A stretch of DNA of 64,000 nt from Limnothrix sp. BL-A-16 (GCA_041937175.2 CP166615.1:2272001-2336000); one strand, 5' to 3'; positions 21,188 to 33,330 are shown, counted from the first letter of the stretch. Numbers and translations are program-made. Notes: generated by a model not told the origin, from the letters alone.

Positions 21188-22753
21188 TTAGCGCTTGAGG
21201 TTATTGATCCATTCGCGGAGTTGCTCGCTGGCCACATCACGGCCGCCCAAACCGAAGGCGATCGCGCTGGCCACGGCCACTGCACCCAAGATCAACCCAA
21301 AGGCCAGGTTTACAATATCCGGGGCAATTCCCATCTGTTGCAACGCCATGGCCCCCACCAACACAATGATCGCCAACCGGGCCACTTGAGCCAGCAGGGT
21401 GGCTTGGCGAGAGCCGGGCATGGCAATCACCCGGTAAGCCAAGTTAGCCAGATACAGGCCTACGGCAAAAATCAAGGCCCCGACGAGCACTTGACCGAGG
21501 ATGGTGGTTAGCCCCGCCACGAGGGCTGTCAGTTCCGGCACTTTCAGGCTGTCGATCGCGGCGATCGCAGCAAACAGCATGATGCCCACCAGGGTGATGA
21601 TCCCGGCAATATCCGAAGGAGACTTGGCTCCCACGGTCATGGGCAACCCTAAGGCGAGGGGCATGTTGTTGAAGCCCACGCCGCTCAGGAAATTGCTGAC
21701 CAAATTGGCCACGAATCGCCCGATCGCGTAGGCGAGCGCCAAAATAATTACCGCCCGCAGAATATACGGAATGGACAGCAGAATTTCATTCAGCATGGCC
21801 ACGGCGGGTTCCGAAATGGCCTGGATTTGCAGCTCTTGCAAAACCGAAATGGCCGTGACGATCAAAATCACCGTGTAGGCAATGGTTCCCGAGATCCAAG
21901 ACAGGCTTTGGGTTCCTGCCAATCCGCTCAGGCCAATGCGGTAACCGAGTCGATCGACCCCTGCTGATCCTAGGAAGTTGGTCAACACCACCCGCACCAA
22001 GCGGGCAATGAACCAGCCGATCGCCCCCACCAGCACCGCCTTAAAGATGCGTGGCAGCGCTTCTAGCACCTGAGCCACGGCCCCTTGAATTGGCTCCAGC
22101 GGCCCTTGCAAGGCCAAGGCATCCAGCACAAAGGGCAGGAACAGCAGCAGAATCAGCCAGTAGAGGATGTTGCCGAGGGTTTCGTTCAGCAGAATCGGAC
22201 TGCTGCCCCCCATTTGACTCGCCAAGCGATCGTCTAGGGAAAAGCGCTGTAGCCCTCGGGTGAGCAGCAGTTTCACCACCGTGGCCACAAGCCAAGCCAA
22301 TGCCGTAAGAACCAGGGCGCTGAAGATGCGAGGGGCATAGCCCAAAATTTCCCCTAAAAAGCGCTGAAGGGGAGTTGAAGCCGCCTGCAGGCCGACCGCA
22401 TCCAGGAAAACCAAAATGGCAAAGAGCATGATCGTCCAAAAGGCGATCGCCCCGGCCCAGTTTTCGATCGGGACAAGGGTGGCATCGTTAGCCGACTGAC
22501 CCGACAGCCAACCCGACAGCCGCCGCCCCATATCCAGCCGGCCGAGGAGGTGGCGCACAACGCTGGCCACCAAAATAGCCAACAGCCAGCCCACCAACAG
22601 GGCCACCAGCCCCCGCACCAGGCCATTCAAGAAGGGGGCCACATCCGGACTCGTGCCCGGGATTTGGGGAACTTGGGCCGAATAAAGGGCAGCAGCCCCG
22701 GGCAAGGCAAGGGCTGGGGGCATAGAAACGATTTGCCAAATTGCGATTGTCAT
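21188..22753 (-). CDS. Mechanosensitive ion channel / TM-helix repeat (CmpX-like) membrane protein
   Basis: Repeated TM-helix units; C-terminal AIAFGLGGRDVA; start uncertain (22753 chosen, ORF open to 22900). Confidence 0.82.
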   Translation of the reverse strand: MTIAIWQIVSMPPALALPGAAALYSAQVPQIPGTSPDVAPFLNGLVRGLVALLVGWLLAILVASVVRHLLGRLDMGRRLSGWLSGQSANDATLVPIENWAGAIAFWTIMLFAILVFLDAVGLQAASTPLQRFLGEILGYAPRIFSALVLTALAWLVATVVKLLLTRGLQRFSLDDRLASQMGGSSPILLNETLGNILYWLILLLFLPFVLDALALQGPLEPIQGAVAQVLEALPRIFKAVLVGAIGWFIARLVRVVLTNFLGSAGVDRLGYRIGLSGLAGTQSLSWISGTIAYTVILIVTAISVLQELQIQAISEPAVAMLNEILLSIPYILRAVIILALAYAIGRFVANLVSNFLSGVGFNNMPLALGLPMTVGAKSPSDIAGIITLVGIMLFAAIAAIDSLKVPELTALVAGLTTILGQVLVGALIFAVGLYLANLAYRVIAMPGSRQATLLAQVARLAIIVLVGAMALQQMGIAPDIVNLAFGLILGAVAVASAIAFGLGGRDVASEQLREWINNLKR

Positions 22754-23570
22754 GGATTGTGATGCTCCAGTGGAATGCACCTGAAGGGATGGAAGGGCCA
22801 CCGCGATCGGGCTGTTACCCTTGGCCCCGCCCCAAGTTTGGGGATTGGGGGACGGTTGGTCGATCGCGGCGATCGCTGGGCCCCCATGGGCGAAACCCAC
22901 TGGGGCCCCAAATGGGCCACCAGCACCATTCCATCAGGCTTCAAGGCACAGCTAGTAACGGGTTGAGCCGTCTTGGCCGCTGCGATACCGTAAGGCTAAC
23001 AGATGGATTACAGAAGGTCTCTGGGGACAAGGCGATTCAAAGGGCCCGATCGCGCCGTTGGCTGGCGGTGGCCAACAGGCTCAAAACTTGCAAACTGGCG
23101 GCTGTTGGCATCCCAGGCAAGGGATCAAGTTTCTTGAGATCCGTCCGGGGGCATTCACCCCCCAATAGAAAATGTTAAAGTTTGGGGCGTTTCTCGCAGG
23201 ATCTCGACCAAAATTTCGATCACCCACTTGATCGACGGCTTGACCAACAGAAAATATCGGCAGCCCGCAATTCTCCAACGGTCTCTGCCGCCTGCTGTGG
23301 TTCACCGAGGTTTCCGTCCATTCCGCCCCGGGTTTCTCGATCGCTGATCCCCTCAAGCAGCCCCTATCCAGGCATACTGGTCAACGGCTTAAAAATAGCC
23401 CTTTGTCCGTTAGCCCTATGTCGATGAGCCGGTGTACGGGATTGAACCAATCAGTGCTTTCCCTTGCTTCCCTTGGCCGAAACAGCGGCTAATGGCTGTC
23501 TGTGCCCCAGGCCAAGCCCGAACCCCTCCACGCTTAAACCACTCCACTCCTAGTTTTTGCCTTCGAGTCC

Positions 23571-25013
23571 ATGCTCTCTCTGCTCCTTGGCTTGTTTCCG
23601 CTCCAGGTGGGGCCCATTGCTCAACTGCCCCCGATCGAACAGGCCGAACCCGATTCCCCAGGGAGCCGGGAGGCCGCAGAAGATGAAATTTTGGCTCCGC
23701 AGCCCGTGCGGCGGCGAGAGATTACCCAGCGCCATGAGGTGCGATCGCTCCCCGGGCGGCTGGACAATGTGCCGGTTTTTAACAGCAACAGCCCTGAAGT
23801 GGTTCTGACGGAAGGGATTTTGCTGTCCACTTTTCCGGCCAACGGCATGGCCGTGCCTTCGGCGCACCTAAACTATGCCTTTCAGGGGCGGTTCGACATT
23901 TTCTCGCACCATATTTCCCGAGCGGCGGCCTATCAGGAAGGGCGCACGCTGTTTCAGGGGGTGATGGTCTATAACCCAGGGCCGCGAACCGTTGATGTGA
24001 ACATTCGCGAGGCCGCTAGCTATATCAGCCGCTTTGAAGCGCCCTTTAAACCCTTGCCGGCCTACCTGGAAGACCCGATCGGGGCGATCTATTCCGGTTC
24101 CGGTAGCCGAGTGGTGGGGGATGTGTTGCGCGGTCGGCGGCGGGGCCTGCTGCGATCGGATCTGCGGTTAGGGCCTCGGGAAGCAGAAATGGTGGTGAAT
24201 TCCCCAATTCCGGTGGGCAAAATCACCCCTTCTTCCAACACCCGATCGACCCTAATTCGGGCCGAGTCCAATGGGCCGGTCTATCTGGCCAGTTTGGCCA
24301 TGTTTTCGCCCAAAACCCCCGACGGCCGCGAACAAATTCCCAGCCTGCGGGAGTGGCAATACCTGCTGGTGCGCAGCGGTCTTTCGGGCCCGCGTGACGT
24401 GGCTCCCACCTCCCTGAGTTTGGCGGAAACCAGTGCTCGATTCTTCTATGGCCGAGTGGCCGGCGTGGCTAAGGGGTCGCGCTGGGAGGCCACCCTCACG
24501 GATCCGGGGGTGAATGAACTGCGAGTGCCTACCGATGGCGGGGCCATCTCTTACCCGATCGCCACCTTGCCCCGAGGAACATTGGGCACGCGCCAGGTGC
24601 AAAGTGCGCCCATGGTGGCTCGTTATCCCGACACAGCCTACCTGGCCCACGGTAATTACGGGGTGCAATACAGCTTGACCTTGCCCTTGACCAACCGCAC
24701 CGGCAGCCCGCAACAAGTGGCGATTTTGTTTCAAACCCCTTTGAAGGAAGACGGGCCTAACGATCAACTACGATTTTTAGAGCCGCCCGAAGAGCGGGTC
24801 TTTTTCCGGGGGCCCATTCGGTTGCAGTACCAAGATGATTTGGGCAATTCAATCGATCGCTTCATCCATGTGGTGCAACATCGCGGTGAACAGGGACAAC
24901 CCCTGGCTACCCTGACCCTACGACCCGGTTCTAAGCGGGTGGTGCAGGTGAATTTTCTCTATCCGCCCGATGCCACACCGCCCCAAGTGCTGACGGTGCA
25001 ATCCATCCGTTAG
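23571..25013 (+). CDS. DUF3370 family protein
   Basis: PVFNSNSPEVV, GILLSTFP, AHGNYGVQY, YPPDATPPQVLTV. Confidence 0.82.
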   Translation: MLSLLLGLFPLQVGPIAQLPPIEQAEPDSPGSREAAEDEILAPQPVRRREITQRHEVRSLPGRLDNVPVFNSNSPEVVLTEGILLSTFPANGMAVPSAHLNYAFQGRFDIFSHHISRAAAYQEGRTLFQGVMVYNPGPRTVDVNIREAASYISRFEAPFKPLPAYLEDPIGAIYSGSGSRVVGDVLRGRRRGLLRSDLRLGPREAEMVVNSPIPVGKITPSSNTRSTLIRAESNGPVYLASLAMFSPKTPDGREQIPSLREWQYLLVRSGLSGPRDVAPTSLSLAETSARFFYGRVAGVAKGSRWEATLTDPGVNELRVPTDGGAISYPIATLPRGTLGTRQVQSAPMVARYPDTAYLAHGNYGVQYSLTLPLTNRTGSPQQVAILFQTPLKEDGPNDQLRFLEPPEERVFFRGPIRLQYQDDLGNSIDRFIHVVQHRGEQGQPLATLTLRPGSKRVVQVNFLYPPDATPPQVLTVQSIR

Positions 25014-25095
25014 GGGCGATCGATCCTGAATCGTCCATTGGGGTTTCTGGGTAACGACCGGCCCTATCATTCGGGGAAGCAACGGGGGGCGTTCC

Positions 25096-26598
25096 ATGAC
25101 GTTTCTGTCACAAGTCTATGGTTGGCTGCTGATTTCAACGGTGGGCCTGTTCTGGCTGCTGCCCTGGCGATCGGGGCGGTGGGCCCTGCTGTTGGTTGCC
25201 AGTCTAATTTTTTATGGCCTGCGGCAGCCCCTCTACGTCCCTCTGCTGTTGGTGGGCACAGCCCTGAACTACAGCTTGGGCTGGATGTTGCGTACCGATC
25301 GGCGATCAATTCGACATTACGTGGGCGGGCCAAACCCGGAAGCCCGCCAGCGACAGCGCAAACGCCTGCTATGGGTGGGAATTAGCCTCAACTTGCTGTT
25401 GTTGTTTGGGTTTAAATATGTGCCCTTTGCCCTCAACTCCCTGGGCTGGGCGTTCCAGAGTCCGCCCCTGCTGGATGCGGCCAATTGGGTCGATCGGATC
25501 GAAGCACCCTTGGGCATCAGCTTCTTTTGCTTTGAATGTATTGCTTATCTTGTGGATGTCTATCGCGGTGCGCCTCCGGCCCGCGATTGGCTGAAATTTT
25601 GTACCTATAAGCTCTTTTTCCCAAAGCTGATTTCCGGGCCGATCGTCCGCTATCACGGCTTAGCCGGCCAACTAGAAGAGTTGGATCACCCGCGCAATCC
25701 CCGGGCTGAGCAAATCACCGAAGGTCTGTGGCTGATTGCCTGCGGTGCCATCAAAAAGGGACTGATTGCCGATTCCTTGGGCCTGTGGGTACGCACGATC
25801 TTCAGCCCCGGAACCCTGGAGCGGGCGGGCAGCGGGGACTTGTGGTTGGCGATCGGGGCCTATGGTTTCCAGCTCTATCTGGACTTCAGCGGCTATGTGG
25901 ACATCGCCCGAGGCAGCGCGATGTTACTGGGGATTCAACTGCCCCACAACTTTGATTTTCCTTATCTCAGCACCAGCATTGCGGACTTTTGGCGACGCTG
26001 GCACATCACCCTTGGCGACTGGCTCCGAAACTATCTCTACATTCCTCTGGGGGGTTCCCGTCAAGGTCTGGTTCGCACCTGCATCAACCTAATGATCGTG
26101 ATGTTATTGGGTGGCCTGTGGCATGGGGACAACTGGGGCTATGTGCTTTGGGGTGGGGCCCATGGGCTGGCTTTAGCGGTGCATCGGTTGGTGGATGCGG
26201 CTTCCCACCGTTTCAGTCCCCTGGCGGCCCTATGGGCCCATCCGGCGGGGGTGGCGCTGGCTTGGGGCCTGACGCAACTGATGGTGTTTTTGAGCTGGGT
26301 GCTGATTCGGTTGCCGGACTGGAGCCAGTCGAGCCTGGTGTTTCAGCACCTTTGGGGGCGATCGAGCGATGTATCTTTCCTGGAAAAGGTTTACGACGAA
26401 GCATTGGGGTTGGATCCTTGGCGGTTGGGAGCGGCCTTGGGGGCGATCGCGCTGCTGATGGTGGTGGCTTGGTTTGGTCAACGGGGCCTGCGGTTGCAGC
26501 TCACACAGCCGGTAAAAATCGCCCTCGTCCCCATCTGCCTTTATCTGGTCTGGATTCTGGGGCCCGAGGGCGTACCGTTTATTTACTTTGACTTCTAG
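25096..26598 (+). CDS. MBOAT family O-acyltransferase (AlgI/DltB-like)
   Basis: PLGISFF, FFPKLISGPI, DFSGYVDIARG, FWRRWHITL, GLWHG. Confidence 0.92.
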   Translation: MTFLSQVYGWLLISTVGLFWLLPWRSGRWALLLVASLIFYGLRQPLYVPLLLVGTALNYSLGWMLRTDRRSIRHYVGGPNPEARQRQRKRLLWVGISLNLLLLFGFKYVPFALNSLGWAFQSPPLLDAANWVDRIEAPLGISFFCFECIAYLVDVYRGAPPARDWLKFCTYKLFFPKLISGPIVRYHGLAGQLEELDHPRNPRAEQITEGLWLIACGAIKKGLIADSLGLWVRTIFSPGTLERAGSGDLWLAIGAYGFQLYLDFSGYVDIARGSAMLLGIQLPHNFDFPYLSTSIADFWRRWHITLGDWLRNYLYIPLGGSRQGLVRTCINLMIVMLLGGLWHGDNWGYVLWGGAHGLALAVHRLVDAASHRFSPLAALWAHPAGVALAWGLTQLMVFLSWVLIRLPDWSQSSLVFQHLWGRSSDVSFLEKVYDEALGLDPWRLGAALGAIALLMVVAWFGQRGLRLQLTQPVKIALVPICLYLVWILGPEGVPFIYFDF

Positions 26599-26675
26599 GC
26601 CTGACTTCTAGTCCTAACTTCTAGGTCTCGTTGGGTCTCGCTAGATTTTGCTAGATCCTTGGGGGCCTCGAGTCA

Positions 26676-27674
26676 CTAGGCCGCGATCGCCAGCCAGAGG
26701 GATTGCACTTGATCAAACAGGGCCACTTGCAGGCTGTGGGTAACCGGCAACCCAGCCAGGACGGCTCCGGCACAGAGCAGCATCAGGTAGCCGATCGAGT
26801 ATTTGAACAGATCCCGGGCTACGGTCCGATCACTCGGTAGGGCCAGCAGTTGCCAGGACTTTTGCACCAAAATGACCCCCAAAATCAGGGCGATCACCCC
26901 GTAGAGCCAGCCGGTTTCGCCCAGGGGCCAAGCCAGCGTCAAGGTCAAAGGAACCAGGGCGATCGAGTAACCCAGAATTTGCTTCGCTGTGGCCTCGTCG
27001 CCACTCACCACCGGCAGCATGGGCACACCCACACTGGCGTAGTCATCGCGAATCATCAAAGCCAGCGCCCAGAAGTGCGGCGGAGTCCAGAGGAAAATAA
27101 TCCAAAACAAGGCCCAGGCGGGCCAATCCAGCGTGCCCGTCACGGCGGCCCAACCCACCAGGGGCGGAATGGCCCCCGCCGCGCCGCCAATCACGATGTT
27201 GTGGGGGCTGTGGCGCTTCAGCCAGTGGGTATAGACCACCACATAGCAGCCAATTCCCGCCATCGCCAACAGAGCCGCCAGCAGATTGGCCATCCAGGTC
27301 AACAGCCCAAAGGACGCAACGCCCAGGACGATCGCGAACAGCAAGGCATCACGGGGGCGAATTTGCCCGGAGGGAATTGGGCGCTTTTGGGTGCGCACCA
27401 TGATCGAATCAATGTCGCGATCGTAAAAACAGTTGATCGCATTAGCGGAACCGGCGGCCAAGGCTCCACCGGCCAAGGTTGCCAAAAACAGCACCGGATC
27501 CACATCACCCCCCCCAGCCAGGGCCATGGCCGCTGCGGTGGAAATCAGCAGCAACACAATGATCCGGGGCTTGGTGAGCTGAACATAGCTCCGAATGATC
27601 AACCCAGCTCGCTGCCAGGGTGACACAGCCGCTTCCTCGGTCATGCTCGACAGGTTTTGCACAATTTCTTGCAT
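26676..27674 (-). CDS. ctaB: Protoheme IX farnesyltransferase (heme O synthase)
   Basis: [45 protein letters not shown]. Confidence 0.95.
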   Translation of the reverse strand: MQEIVQNLSSMTEEAAVSPWQRAGLIIRSYVQLTKPRIIVLLLISTAAAMALAGGGDVDPVLFLATLAGGALAAGSANAINCFYDRDIDSIMVRTQKRPIPSGQIRPRDALLFAIVLGVASFGLLTWMANLLAALLAMAGIGCYVVVYTHWLKRHSPHNIVIGGAAGAIPPLVGWAAVTGTLDWPAWALFWIIFLWTPPHFWALALMIRDDYASVGVPMLPVVSGDEATAKQILGYSIALVPLTLTLAWPLGETGWLYGVIALILGVILVQKSWQLLALPSDRTVARDLFKYSIGYLMLLCAGAVLAGLPVTHSLQVALFDQVQSLWLAIAA

Positions 27675-27741
27675 AGCAGCTATTCCGGCAACATCAACAA
27701 CCAGCGAATTCTGAGGGAGTCCTGAGCGAGTCCTGAGCCGT

Positions 27742-28707
27742 TTAGGCTGTCAGACCATCGGGCGACTCCCGCAACCGATCGCGTCCGGCCCAAACCGTGA
27801 AGGCCACCAGCGAAGCCAACAGGGCCGCCGCAATCGCCTCATGCAACACCGTTAGCCCTGCCACCCGCAATTGAAAGTGATAGGTGCTGTAACCAATGGC
27901 CAATTGCGCCACCAGCAACAGGGCAATCAGGCTCCGTAGGGAACGGAGACGCGGATTCAAAGCCGGGGTGCGCCAAGCCATGATCAGCAAAATGCCAGTG
28001 GTCAAGACGGCGGGCACAATGCCCCAAAAGTGGGTGTGGAGAACGCCACAGAGCTGATCGCCCTCCAAGCATTGGTGTACTGCCCAGCGCGATCCGACAA
28101 TGCCACCGATCAGACTTTGGACATCGATCGCGATCGCCGCCAGCAGGGCCCAACCCGCCAAGCCGGCCGCCGTGCCCGAAGCTTGTTGGGGAGTCAAGCC
28201 CGCCGCGATCGCCACCAACAGGGCCAAGAATGCCAACGCCGTGCCCAAGTGCGCCGTTACCACATCAAACCGCAGCAACTCCGTTACCGTCAGGGCCCCC
28301 AGCCCCGCTTGCAATACCACCAGGGCTAAGGCCGCCACCGTTGCCGGAACCACCCAACCGGGCAGCTCCCGCCGAAACCGGACTGCCGTGCCCGCCAAGC
28401 CCAAAGCCCCAAAGGCCACCACCGCTGCATCCAGCCGGTGGAACCATTCCAAAAACACCTGCCAATTCATCTGGGCCCAGGGAACCGCCTGGCCATAGCA
28501 GAGGGGCCAATCAGGACAGGCAAGCCCCGCATTCGCCACGCGGGTGGCCGAGCCGATCACCATCAGCAACCAGGCCGCCACCGCCAGCCGCTTGGCCAAC
28601 CACCGCACTCGATCGCTTCCCAAAGATGAATTGACCTCGATGATCGCGATCGAGGTCTTCACCGATTCGGAAGAATGCCCCGCCTGATGAAACACGGTTT
28701 CCGCCAT
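27742..28707 (-). CDS. ctaA: Heme A synthase (Cox15/CtaA)
   Basis: [23 protein letters not shown]; start ATG 28707 (MAETV). Confidence 0.92.
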   Translation of the reverse strand: MAETVFHQAGHSSESVKTSIAIIEVNSSLGSDRVRWLAKRLAVAAWLLMVIGSATRVANAGLACPDWPLCYGQAVPWAQMNWQVFLEWFHRLDAAVVAFGALGLAGTAVRFRRELPGWVVPATVAALALVVLQAGLGALTVTELLRFDVVTAHLGTALAFLALLVAIAAGLTPQQASGTAAGLAGWALLAAIAIDVQSLIGGIVGSRWAVHQCLEGDQLCGVLHTHFWGIVPAVLTTGILLIMAWRTPALNPRLRSLRSLIALLLVAQLAIGYSTYHFQLRVAGLTVLHEAIAAALLASLVAFTVWAGRDRLRESPDGLTA

Positions 28708-29440
28708 AGGAATTCTTAAGAAAATCTTGAGTCTAAAAAGCCGCAATGAGGTGCATCGCCACCATAACTCAGTTCCGAAAATTGCGGAAATGTCATGCCA
28801 AAGATTGCAACACGTTGCAATGTACAACAATTAGTCGATTCGACCTAAAATTCGCTGACAACTAACGGTAAGCTCATCAAGAACTACCCATTTGATCAAA
28901 ATTTGCTCCCAAGAAAGCGTTACATATCAAACGATTTTTGATTTAGTTTGTATTGTAAATAACAGCTTTCCCAGGACTTCTGCCCTTCGTCCTCCTAGGG
29001 CAATTTTCAGCCCAGTTCTCAAATCATCCCCAGATATTGATGTATCAATGGGCGATCGCCCCAAGATTTCAAGATTTTTGGCAGCCGATGAGTTCGTACA
29101 ATCTAGAGCATGTTAATTGTTGATGACAAATCACGGCCAGAATGGCTGAAAATCGCCATCGACAGATTTCAGGAAACCCAAAGATTTCCTAAAGGTTGTT
29201 AACGGCAAAGAGAATCCTAAAGATATTTAAAAATATTGACAAACCAAATCAGCTCCCTAAAAAAACCGTCTACCTTTGAAGGCAGTAACGCAGTGGCAAG
29301 CGCAATGGGCCGCTGCCCCCACTCCTTTCCCCTTCGTTGGCCGCCGCCCTCGATTAGCCGTTGCCCCCCAACGGAGGGGGGCAGACCTGTCCCGATCGCC
29401 TGTTGCCCTTTGCCTTTACAGTCTTGCGTGACGCACCACC

Positions 29441-30442
29441 ATGAATGTTCCTAGTACGATCCTGACCCTGCTGATGGGCATTGGCTTAACGCTAATCAGC
29501 CTTTGGGTTGGGCAAAACTATCATTTCCTGCTGCCGGTGTCGGCTACGGACGTGTCGCCCGAGGTCGATCGCCTGTTTGGGGCCATGTTGACCATTGCCA
29601 CGGGCCTTTTTCTGCTGGTGCAAGGATGTTTGGTCTATGCGATCCTGCGCTTTCGGCGCAAGCCCGGCGATGACACCGACGGCCCGCCCATCCGGGGCAA
29701 CATTCCCCTAGAGATCCTTTGGACTGCGATCCCCGCCGTGATTTGTTTGGGCATCTCGGTCTTTAGCTTTGATGTGTATAACTCCATGGGGGGCTTGGAT
29801 CCGATGGCCAGCGGAGCCGGGATGGGCATGGCCCACCACCACGGCCGCCACACCGCGATCGCCGCCACTTTGGATCAGACCCCGGCGGCGACCGGGACGG
29901 AAGTGGCCCTAGGGTTAGGGGCGGCTCCCGGCTCCCAAGGCCAAGCCCCCGACTTGCAGGTCAATGTGCAGGGGCTGCAATACGCCTGGATTTTTAACTA
30001 CCCTGACTTGAACGTGATAGCTGGGGAACTGCATGTGCCCGTGGGGCAAGATGTGCAGCTCAACATTTCCGCCATGGATGTGTTGCACGCCTTTTGGATT
30101 CCGCAGTTTCGGATTAAGCAGGATGCGATCCCCGGTCGCCCCACGCAATTACGGTTCCGGGCGATTCAGCCGGGCCGCTACCCGATCGTTTGTGCCGAGC
30201 TTTGCGGTTCCTTCCACGGGGCAATGCGCACCGAAGTACTGGTGCAAACACCGGAAGAGTATGAAGCCTGGGTGGCGAGTGTGATGCCCGAGGCGGAAAC
30301 CACGGAAACGGGCCAAGGATCAACGGTGACCCTGGCGCAAAATCCTCAAAATTTGACGGATTCGGAATATTTACAGGTTTACAGCGATCGGCTGGGGATC
30401 GAGACCCGGGCGATCGCTCAATTGGCTCCCGTTGCGCTGTAA
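29441..30442 (+). CDS. ctaC: Cytochrome c oxidase subunit II
   Basis: LEILWTAIP, DVLHAFWIP, CuA motif CAELCGSFHGAM. Confidence 0.95.
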   Translation: MNVPSTILTLLMGIGLTLISLWVGQNYHFLLPVSATDVSPEVDRLFGAMLTIATGLFLLVQGCLVYAILRFRRKPGDDTDGPPIRGNIPLEILWTAIPAVICLGISVFSFDVYNSMGGLDPMASGAGMGMAHHHGRHTAIAATLDQTPAATGTEVALGLGAAPGSQGQAPDLQVNVQGLQYAWIFNYPDLNVIAGELHVPVGQDVQLNISAMDVLHAFWIPQFRIKQDAIPGRPTQLRFRAIQPGRYPIVCAELCGSFHGAMRTEVLVQTPEEYEAWVASVMPEAETTETGQGSTVTLAQNPQNLTDSEYLQVYSDRLGIETRAIAQLAPVAL

Positions 30443-30536
30443 CCAGCGGTCACCCTTGGCCTCAGCATCCGGGCTGGGCTGAATTGACATCCAACTGTTC
30501 GATTTTTGTTGTTTCTTGTTGTCTCTTGTCGTTGCT

Positions 30537-32213
30537 ATGGCCCCAGCAGAACTCAGAACGCCCGGTGCGATCGAACCCGATCCCGAACCCTGGCAACGGT
30601 TTTTTAGCTTCAGCGTCGATCACAAAGTGATCGGCATTCAATACCTCGTCACCAGCTTTTTCTTCTTCTTGATTGGCGGAGCCTTGGCCACCGCCGTGCG
30701 CGTGGAGTTGGCCACTCCGGAAGTGGATTTCGTGAGCCGCGAACTCTACAACCAACTCTTCACCATCCACGCAACGGTGATGATTTTTTTGTGGATTGTG
30801 CCGGCCGGAGCAGGCTTTGGCAACTATCTCATTCCCCTAATGATTGGGGCCAAGGATATGGCCTTTCCTCGGCTCAACGCGATCGCCTTTTGGATGATTC
30901 CGCCGGCCGGGCTGCTGCTGATTGCCAGCTTTTTTGTGCCCACCGGAGCCGCCGCCGCCGGTTGGACTTCCTATCCTCCCCTCAGCCTGGTGAGTGGCCA
31001 GTGGGGGGAATTGATTTGGATTCTCAGCATTTTGCTGTTAGGAACCTCTTCCATTTTGGGCGGGATTAACTTTGCCGCCACCATCCTCAAAATGCGCATC
31101 CCCGGCATGACTTTAAATGACATGCCGCTGTTTTGTTGGGCCATGTTGGCCGCTTCCATTTTGATTTTGATGTCCACCCCGGTGCTGGCTGGCGCATTGG
31201 TGCTGTTGTCCTTCGATTTGATGGCGGGAACGGCCTTTTTTAACCCCACTGGGGGCGGCGACCCGATCGTCTATCAGCACATGTTTTGGTTCTATTCCCA
31301 CCCAGCGGTTTACATCATGATCCTGCCGCTGTTTGGAGCCATTTCCGAAATTTTGCCTGTCCATGCCCGCAAACCGATTTTTGGTTACAAGGCGATCGCC
31401 TATTCCAGCATTGCCATTAGTTTGTTGGGCTTGATTGTTTGGGCACACCACATGTTCACCAGTGGCACACCGGCATGGTTGCGGATGTTTTTCATGATTG
31501 CCACCATGATCATCGCCGTGCCCACCGGAATCAAAGTGTTTGGTTGGGTGGCCACCATTTGGGGTGGCAAATTGCGGCTTAATTCCGCCATGTTGTTTGC
31601 TATTGGGTTTGTGTCGATGTTTGTGGTGGGCGGTCTCAGCGGTGTAATGATCGCCTCCGTACCCTTTGACATGCACGTTCACGACACCTATTTCATCGTT
31701 GCCCACCTGCACTACGTGTTGTTTGGCGGCAGTGTGTTTGGTCTCTATGCGGCGCTTTACCACTGGTTCCCCAAAATGACCGGGCGAATGTTGAATGAAC
31801 CCTGGGGAAAAGTACATTTTGTTTTGACCCTGGTGGGTTTCAATCTTTGCTTTTTGCCCATGCATTACTTGGGCTTGATGGGAATGCCCCGACGGGTGGC
31901 GGAATATGATCCCCAATTTTCAACGGTGAATGCAATTTGCAGCATCGGTTCCTATATTTTGGCTGTGTCTACCATTCCGTTCCTGGTGAATGCGATTTAT
32001 TCCTGGGTGGCTGGCGAAAAGGCATCGGCTAATCCTTGGAATGCTTTGACATTGGAGTGGACGGTTTCTTCGCCGCCGCCTGAGCATAATTTTGTGGGTC
32101 AGCCGGTTTTGAAAACGGGTCCCTATGATTACGGGGTGACGAAACGGGGTGCAAGCCGCAAGCCAATTTCGCAACTGAAGGCTTCCGATATTTTGAGTGG
32201 TTCAACACGCTAG
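30537..32213 (+). CDS. ctaD: Cytochrome c oxidase subunit I
   Basis: DHKVIGIQY, FWFYSHPAVY, VWAHHMF, HDTYFIVAHLHY; start ATG 30537. Confidence 0.97.
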   Translation: MAPAELRTPGAIEPDPEPWQRFFSFSVDHKVIGIQYLVTSFFFFLIGGALATAVRVELATPEVDFVSRELYNQLFTIHATVMIFLWIVPAGAGFGNYLIPLMIGAKDMAFPRLNAIAFWMIPPAGLLLIASFFVPTGAAAAGWTSYPPLSLVSGQWGELIWILSILLLGTSSILGGINFAATILKMRIPGMTLNDMPLFCWAMLAASILILMSTPVLAGALVLLSFDLMAGTAFFNPTGGGDPIVYQHMFWFYSHPAVYIMILPLFGAISEILPVHARKPIFGYKAIAYSSIAISLLGLIVWAHHMFTSGTPAWLRMFFMIATMIIAVPTGIKVFGWVATIWGGKLRLNSAMLFAIGFVSMFVVGGLSGVMIASVPFDMHVHDTYFIVAHLHYVLFGGSVFGLYAALYHWFPKMTGRMLNEPWGKVHFVLTLVGFNLCFLPMHYLGLMGMPRRVAEYDPQFSTVNAICSIGSYILAVSTIPFLVNAIYSWVAGEKASANPWNALTLEWTVSSPPPEHNFVGQPVLKTGPYDYGVTKRGASRKPISQLKASDILSGSTR

Positions 32214-32281
32214 GAATTTGGATTCTCATAGCGCGGCAGCCGTAATTCATGGGGTCAACGTTGCGGAGTTGGTCGTGATGA

Positions 32282-32300
32282 CAAGGGTCTTAATCCCTTG
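32282..32300. repeat. Degenerate REP-like palindrome
   Basis: CAAGGGTCTTAATCCCTTG in the ctaD-ctaE spacer. Confidence 0.6.
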
Positions 32301-32582
32301 TTGCTTAACGATCGAGTCACAGCAACAGGCCATTGAATTAACCGATGAATTAACCGATCGAAATCAGCTTGCCGTGCTAATAGGGTGATGAGGCAGTTGT
32401 CGTGATCATGCAATGCACGCAGACCCTGTTCAGTTAGGGATCCTTGGCCAAGCATGATCACGCCCCGGTACTACCGATTATTGGAAGCCTCAACCCTCAA
32501 AATGAAGTCTCAACCCTAAAAATCTGCGCAGGCTGGATTTCAAAATAGCTGTTCCATTGTCCTTCTTTTCTTTTGGGTTTCT

Positions 32583-33197
32583 ATGCAAGGTTCCGCAGTT
32601 GATTCTCAACAGCCGATCGCCCTCGAAAGCACTAGTCATGGCAGCGAGGAACATCATCCCGATTTGCGGCTGTTCGGCATTGCTCTGTTTTTAGTGGCGG
32701 AGGCGATGATCTTTTTGGGCCTGTTTGCGGCCTATCTAACCTTTCGATCGGTTGCGCCCAGTTGGCCCCCGGAAGGCACACCAAAACTGGAGCTATTGCT
32801 GCCAGGAATTAACACCCTCATCCTGATTTCCAGTAGCTTTGTGATCCATAAGGGCGATGATGCCATTCGGGCCAATGATGTGAAGGGAATGCGCCTATGG
32901 TTTGGGATCACAGCCGCCATGGGGGTCATCTTTTTGGTGGGTCAGCTTTATGAATATTTCCACTTGGAATTTAGCCTGACCACCAACCTGTTTGCGAGCA
33001 CCTTTTATGTGCTAACGGGCTTCCATGGACTGCACGTTTGCTTTGGGCTGTTTTTGATTTTGGCGGTGTTGTGGCGATCGCGCCGTGAGGGGCACTACAG
33101 CAACCAAAGCAAGTTTGGGATCGAGGCGGCCGAACTCTACTGGCATTTTGTGGACGTGGTGTGGATTGTGTTGTTTGCGCTGTTGTATTTGCTGTAG
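32583..33197 (+). CDS. ctaE: Cytochrome c oxidase subunit III
   Basis: LFLVAEAMIF, NTLILISSSF, LTGFHGLHV, YWHFVDVVW. Confidence 0.95.
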   Translation: MQGSAVDSQQPIALESTSHGSEEHHPDLRLFGIALFLVAEAMIFLGLFAAYLTFRSVAPSWPPEGTPKLELLLPGINTLILISSSFVIHKGDDAIRANDVKGMRLWFGITAAMGVIFLVGQLYEYFHLEFSLTTNLFASTFYVLTGFHGLHVCFGLFLILAVLWRSRREGHYSNQSKFGIEAAELYWHFVDVVWIVLFALLYLL

Positions 33198-33296
33198 CTG
33201 TACCGGCCGCAAGAACATGAGGGCGATCGGGTGAACGTTGGTTAAAGCATTGGTTAACCTTTGCCCCCAAGTCCGTTCCAAATTGGCGACCCAGAG

Positions 33297-33330
33297 GAGG
33301 GCGATCGGGAGGAGATCCCCGATCGCCCTC
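33297..33330 (+). terminator. 13-bp stem-loop after ctaE, possible terminator
   Basis: GAGGGCGATCGGG / CCCGATCGCCCTC; weak U-tail. Confidence 0.45.
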